Part shown: piece after piece, positions 27,829-30,638 of the stretch
How the letters are laid out: each line of letters begins with the position of its first letter
Position numbering within the stretch: the first letter of the stretch is position 1
IMG/VR virus record: IMGVR_UViG_3300024518_002726
Length of the DNA: 30,638 nt
From: an uncultured virus (IMG/VR IMGVR_UViG_3300024518_002726)
Taxonomy: Duplodnaviria; Heunggongvirae; Uroviricota; Caudoviricetes; Crassvirales
Direction: 5' to 3' (one strand)
The notes under the pieces: model-generated
Seen by the model: the letters and a program-made list of their open reading frames with translations, nothing else
The model's database searches: none
What the model was told of the DNA's origin: nothing
Made by a program: the position numbers and the translations under genes

Positions 27829-28010
27829 TGAAGAAGATCAACTCTTCCTGTGAATGCCAACCATGCAGCCCTAAAACGCCAAGATATACTATAAAGTCCA
27901 AGGGGTCTAGCAGGATACCACTTCCCATCAATCTCTATAAGAGGCTGGTCTACAAATAGATCCTTGTAGTTGCTTTCCCTTAAATTATAGATACTAGGTG
28001 CTTTCTTCAT
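27810..28010 (-). CDS. Small hypothetical phage protein
   Basis: 66 aa, IDGKWYPARPLG...RFRAAWLAFTGRVD; ATGA-coupled to the upstream gene. Confidence 0.6.
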   Translation of the reverse strand: MKKAPSIYNLRESNYKDLFVDQPLIEIDGKWYPARPLGLYSISWRFRAAWLAFTGRVDLLHWPGGQ

Positions 28011-28702
28011 GACACACCTTTTGCAAAGTCAATAGCCATCTCTTTTGCTTCTTCTAAAGTCGTTGCTGTCCACTCTCCTTTACCATAGTCTTCACTCACA
28101 GGATAAACAGCAAATGCACCACCTATCGTTCCTCTTATTTTCTCATTTGGACTTGTATCATCATACTCCCACTCAATATGTATTCCAAACATATCATCTA
28201 TCACCTCCTCTCTTCCTGTCCGAACATTGATATGACCGGGATCTGACCAGAAACGTATCATATCCTGTACGAAATCGTCCTTGTCTCTGGGAACATAGTG
28301 ACAATCTCCTTTCTTACACGTAGACCCTATAGTGAAACCAAAGATTGCCCGGTGGGACCAACCATACCACTTCTGTTCTGCTGGATTAAACCCAACAGCA
28401 CAAGTTGTTCCTTCCGCATCTGGACGTGGCCTTTGGATATCAACAACAATACCTCTCTTCTTCAGGAATTGACCATAGCTACTGGGTCCTATATAGTGCC
28501 CTTCTCGATTATAGGCAGACTTCATCTCAGTCGGTGGATTAACACCATCATCCCATATCTCCTTTCTATAGATATAGGCACCACGATCTATCTCATTCAG
28601 GACTTTCGTTACTGTTATCATTTCTCTAGGGTTTTTATAGGTAGGACCTCCGATAATAACCATCAGTGAGATCTCTACGAGCTTATAGATTACATCCATC
28701 AC
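28007..28702 (-). CDS. Hypothetical phage protein with KWYGWSHRA motif
   Basis: CAVGFNPAEQKWYGWSHRAIFGF and WTATTLEEAKEMAIDFAKGVS; function unknown, start uncertain. Confidence 0.65.
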   Translation of the reverse strand: MMDVIYKLVEISLMVIIGGPTYKNPREMITVTKVLNEIDRGAYIYRKEIWDDGVNPPTEMKSAYNREGHYIGPSSYGQFLKKRGIVVDIQRPRPDAEGTTCAVGFNPAEQKWYGWSHRAIFGFTIGSTCKKGDCHYVPRDKDDFVQDMIRFWSDPGHINVRTGREEVIDDMFGIHIEWEYDDTSPNEKIRGTIGGAFAVYPVSEDYGKGEWTATTLEEAKEMAIDFAKGVS

Positions 28703-29058
28703 TTCATCAACTTAAACACCACTCTCTCCTCACCTTGAGGTAGAAGTAGTCTATTAATAGAATAGCCATCATCTGATTTGACAATGGCTTTCTTATCAGC
28801 TAGTCGCTTTATATAGATATTCAGAGTATTAAAATCAGCTTTTCCTAGAAGTCTAGCAGCTTCCTTCTTCATCTCTGTAGAGAAGGCGTTTATCTGTAAC
28901 TGCTTCTTTCTAAGACCAACGTGAATACCTATAAATACAGCTAGTACTTCGCTTTCCTTTGGTGTAAGATTAAAGATACCATTAAACAGTTGAAGATACT
29001 TCCTCACTGAGTTGGCTCTTATCCTCACCATCTTCTGCTTGGGTGGGGCGATCTGCAT
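28699..29058 (-). CDS. Winged-helix-like DNA-binding protein
   Basis: YLQLFNGIFNLTPKESEVL...KKEAARLLG...TLNIYIKRLADKKAIVKSDDGYSINRLL has a wHTH pattern. Confidence 0.6.
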   Translation of the reverse strand: MQIAPPKQKMVRIRANSVRKYLQLFNGIFNLTPKESEVLAVFIGIHVGLRKKQLQINAFSTEMKKEAARLLGKADFNTLNIYIKRLADKKAIVKSDDGYSINRLLLPQGEERVVFKLMK

Positions 29059-29356
29059 TCAATTTTAGTCTTACATAACTACCCTCTACATAAAGGGTAA
29101 TTTCATCCTGCGCTTCATTAAAAGAGGAGAAATAGCCATCTAACGGAATCTTCCTATTAACAGCAGAGAGGAACAGGCCAAGAGATTTACTGACCTTACG
29201 AACGCGGTCTTGCATCTTCTCAGCAGCTTCCCTTACCCGCTCCGTCTCTTTTGCTGCGTTGAGAACCCTAATGTACTCCTCAATAGGAAGTATGACATGT
29301 GATGACCTCACACCTTGTTCTAGACCTTTAATCAGATCTGTTAGTAGATTCTCCAT
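28982..29356 (-). CDS. Hypothetical protein, first gene of the minus-strand block
   Basis: 124 aa with a central coiled coil. Confidence 0.6.
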   Translation of the reverse strand: MENLLTDLIKGLEQGVRSSHVILPIEEYIRVLNAAKETERVREAAEKMQDRVRKVSKSLGLFLSAVNRKIPLDGYFSSFNEAQDEITLYVEGSYVRLKLNADRPTQAEDGEDKSQLSEEVSSTV

Positions 29357-29361
29357 AGAGA

Positions 29362-29393
29362 TAAATATAAGCTCTTTGTATAGGCTAAGTCAA
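29362..29393 (-). promoter_or_regulatory. Candidate host-type promoter for the minus-strand block
   Basis: Minus strand TTGACT-N18-TATATT(TA), 7 nt before ATG 29356; TATATTTA is also one mismatch from the Bacteroidota -7 element TAnnTTTG. Confidence 0.45.
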
Positions 29394-29638
29394 TAGTTCT
29401 CTAAACTTTTTTTATACGGCTGTAGATCCCTTTAATATGAGGATGAATGATGGCTTGATATATGGGATATATCTCCTCTACATGGTATAAAGAGGATAAA
29501 TGTGGTAACTGTAAGTGCTTGTTTATAAAGGAGTTAATGAGTCTTAATATACCTTAGTATATTATAAGTGTTATAAGAAATAAAAGAGATCACTTTTGAG
29601 ATAGGGTAGGAGTTGATCTATGTGGTAGGGGTGTTTGA

Positions 29639-29672
29639 AAAAAATATTGGTAAAAAATATTGGTAAAAAATA
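29639..29672. repeat. 13-bp tandem repeat AAAAAATATTGGT x2.6
   Basis: Copies at 29639-29651 and 29652-29664, partial copy at 29665-29672. Confidence 0.9.
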
Positions 29673-29794
29673 AGAGGGAGGGCCAAGGGGATTCAACACC
29701 GGGGCTTACTGCTGGCTTCCGAAACCACCCCCACGGGTAAGAACGGGAGCGATTGTCTTAACGGTCTTCATAACAAACCAAATGTACGTGTAAG

Positions 29795-30403
29795 ATGAGA
29801 AACATAGCTCCGATCACAGAAGCTGGAACGTATAACAACGTTCCGGTAGCTTACGTAGCTGACGAGTCTCACATTGATGCAACGCAGGAAGAGCGTGACC
29901 CGGTGAATTATATGTATTCACTGATGGTCGCGGTCTGGGCCTACGATGTCAGTAATGTGAAGGCAGTCGCTGCTGCGCTCAAGAACTACTACGTCGTCAT
30001 CAAGGCGAAGGCTGCATTCTATGCTAAGAATGCGGCTGAGGATGGTTCGTGGCGCATCACTGACCGAGTAAGCGGAGGGGAGAAGATCGAAGGTGTACCT
30101 TTGAATGCTAAGTTGGCGAAAGCCGACGAACAGGCATGGGTTGACCTCACGTCTCTCTTCGTTGTGGGTTCACTCCACTTCTACCGGGACCGTCCCACGT
30201 TCCAGCCTGCCTCTGGTGAAGGCGTCATAGCCGTCATCAGGGAGAGTCAGTCCATGAAGGAAGGCACTGCTCGGTTCAGGCTTGCCAGAATCGAACCAAT
30301 GCCTGCCAAGAACCTCAAGTTCCAAGATGCGGAACAACTGGGCGCTTTGAGTGCTGAGGATCTCGCCAAGTTGAGCGATTTCGTCACCGAAGACTCCGAG
30401 TAG
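29795..30403 (+). CDS. Hypothetical protein, first gene of the divergent (probably early) unit
   Basis: 202 aa, visibly more G+C/C-ending codons than the neighbouring genes, acidic C-terminus, followed by a strong hairpin. Confidence 0.75.
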   Translation: MRNIAPITEAGTYNNVPVAYVADESHIDATQEERDPVNYMYSLMVAVWAYDVSNVKAVAAALKNYYVVIKAKAAFYAKNAAEDGSWRITDRVSGGEKIEGVPLNAKLAKADEQAWVDLTSLFVVGSLHFYRDRPTFQPASGEGVIAVIRESQSMKEGTARFRLARIEPMPAKNLKFQDAEQLGALSAEDLAKLSDFVTEDSE

Positions 30404-30417
30404 GACTGATGATCAGC

Positions 30418-30499
30418 GTATCAAGGGAGGAGGCCAGGGTAAGAAAAGACCTTGGCCTCCTCTTTGGTAAACTAGGGTTCGAATCCCTACATGATACCA
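30418..30499 (+). ncRNA. tRNA-like element (acceptor-like stem + long hairpin + canonical T-arm + CCA)
   Basis: TAGGG-TTCGAAT-CCCTA T-arm at 30473-30489; GTATCAAG (30418-25) pairs with CATGATAC (30490-97) with one mismatch; CCA at 30497-99; no D or anticodon arm. Confidence 0.4.
30427..30465 (+). terminator. 14-bp GC-rich hairpin after the plus-strand gene (possible terminator, short U-tract)
   Basis: GAGGAGGCCAGGGT-AAGAAAAG-ACCTTGGCCTCCTC-TTT. Confidence 0.5.
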
Positions 30500-30638
30500 A
30501 CCCCGAAAGGGAGTGCCAATGGGGAGTGGGAGGCAGTCAGGTGGCTGCAACCTCCGTCTATCTCTCATTCTAGTTGGCAATTGTGTGGTTCATTAACTAA
30601 CCTGAGACAGTCATGAACTTCAGACATGTACCTCAAGA

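Noticed and set aside
83..28669. Numerous short plus-strand ORFs and nested minus-strand ORFs in the ORF track
   Set aside because: They lie antisense to, or out of frame within, clear genes and have shadow-ORF composition with no recognisable motifs.
1..29356. Stop-codon reassignment (TAG or TGA), known in some crAss-like phages
   Set aside because: All core genes are full length in the standard code and genes tile tightly using TAA, TAG and TGA as real stops.
29639..29672. CRISPR array
   Set aside because: The 13-bp units are directly adjacent with no spacers, and there are no cas genes.
30418..30499. Canonical tRNA gene
   Set aside because: No D stem and no 5-bp anticodon stem with a 7-nt loop; kept only as a tRNA-like element.
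30406..30511. Hammerhead ribozyme (CTGATGA ... GAAA)
   Set aside because: The base after CTGATGA (T) cannot close stem II with the C before GAAA, the GAAA sits in its own tetraloop hairpin, and no stems I/III were found.

Overview
This window is the virion-morphogenesis (late) module of a crAss-like bacteriophage (Crassvirales; gene order resembles phiCrAss001/phi14:2-type phages as recalled, not searched). It uses the standard genetic code. Bases 1-29356 form one co-directional minus-strand block. In transcription order: small accessory genes (a winged-helix-like and an HU/IHF-like protein among them), a conserved TerL-adjacent gene, large terminase, portal, acidic scaffold-like protein, major capsid protein, a capsid-adjacent conserved protein, two ring proteins, auxiliary capsid protein, a fibre-like protein, a putative lysis cassette (holin-like / cupin / spanin-like), another ring protein, an IHF-like protein, an extended ring/tail-tube protein, two Cys-rich or unknown tail proteins, the muzzle (tail stabilization) protein, and two cargo/ejection proteins, the last running off the window. 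An AT-rich divergent region with a 13-bp tandem repeat (29357-29794) precedes one plus-strand gene, which is followed by a structured non-coding segment containing a tRNA-like fold. The most notable points are: (1) a zinc peptidase M15 domain fused to the C-terminus of a cargo protein; (2) a cupin where an endolysin would be expected; (3) one jelly-roll/CBM-like module shared by the muzzle and the fibre protein; (4) a D-arm-less tRNA mimic inside a hairpin cluster. All family calls come from motif recognition and synteny, not database searches.
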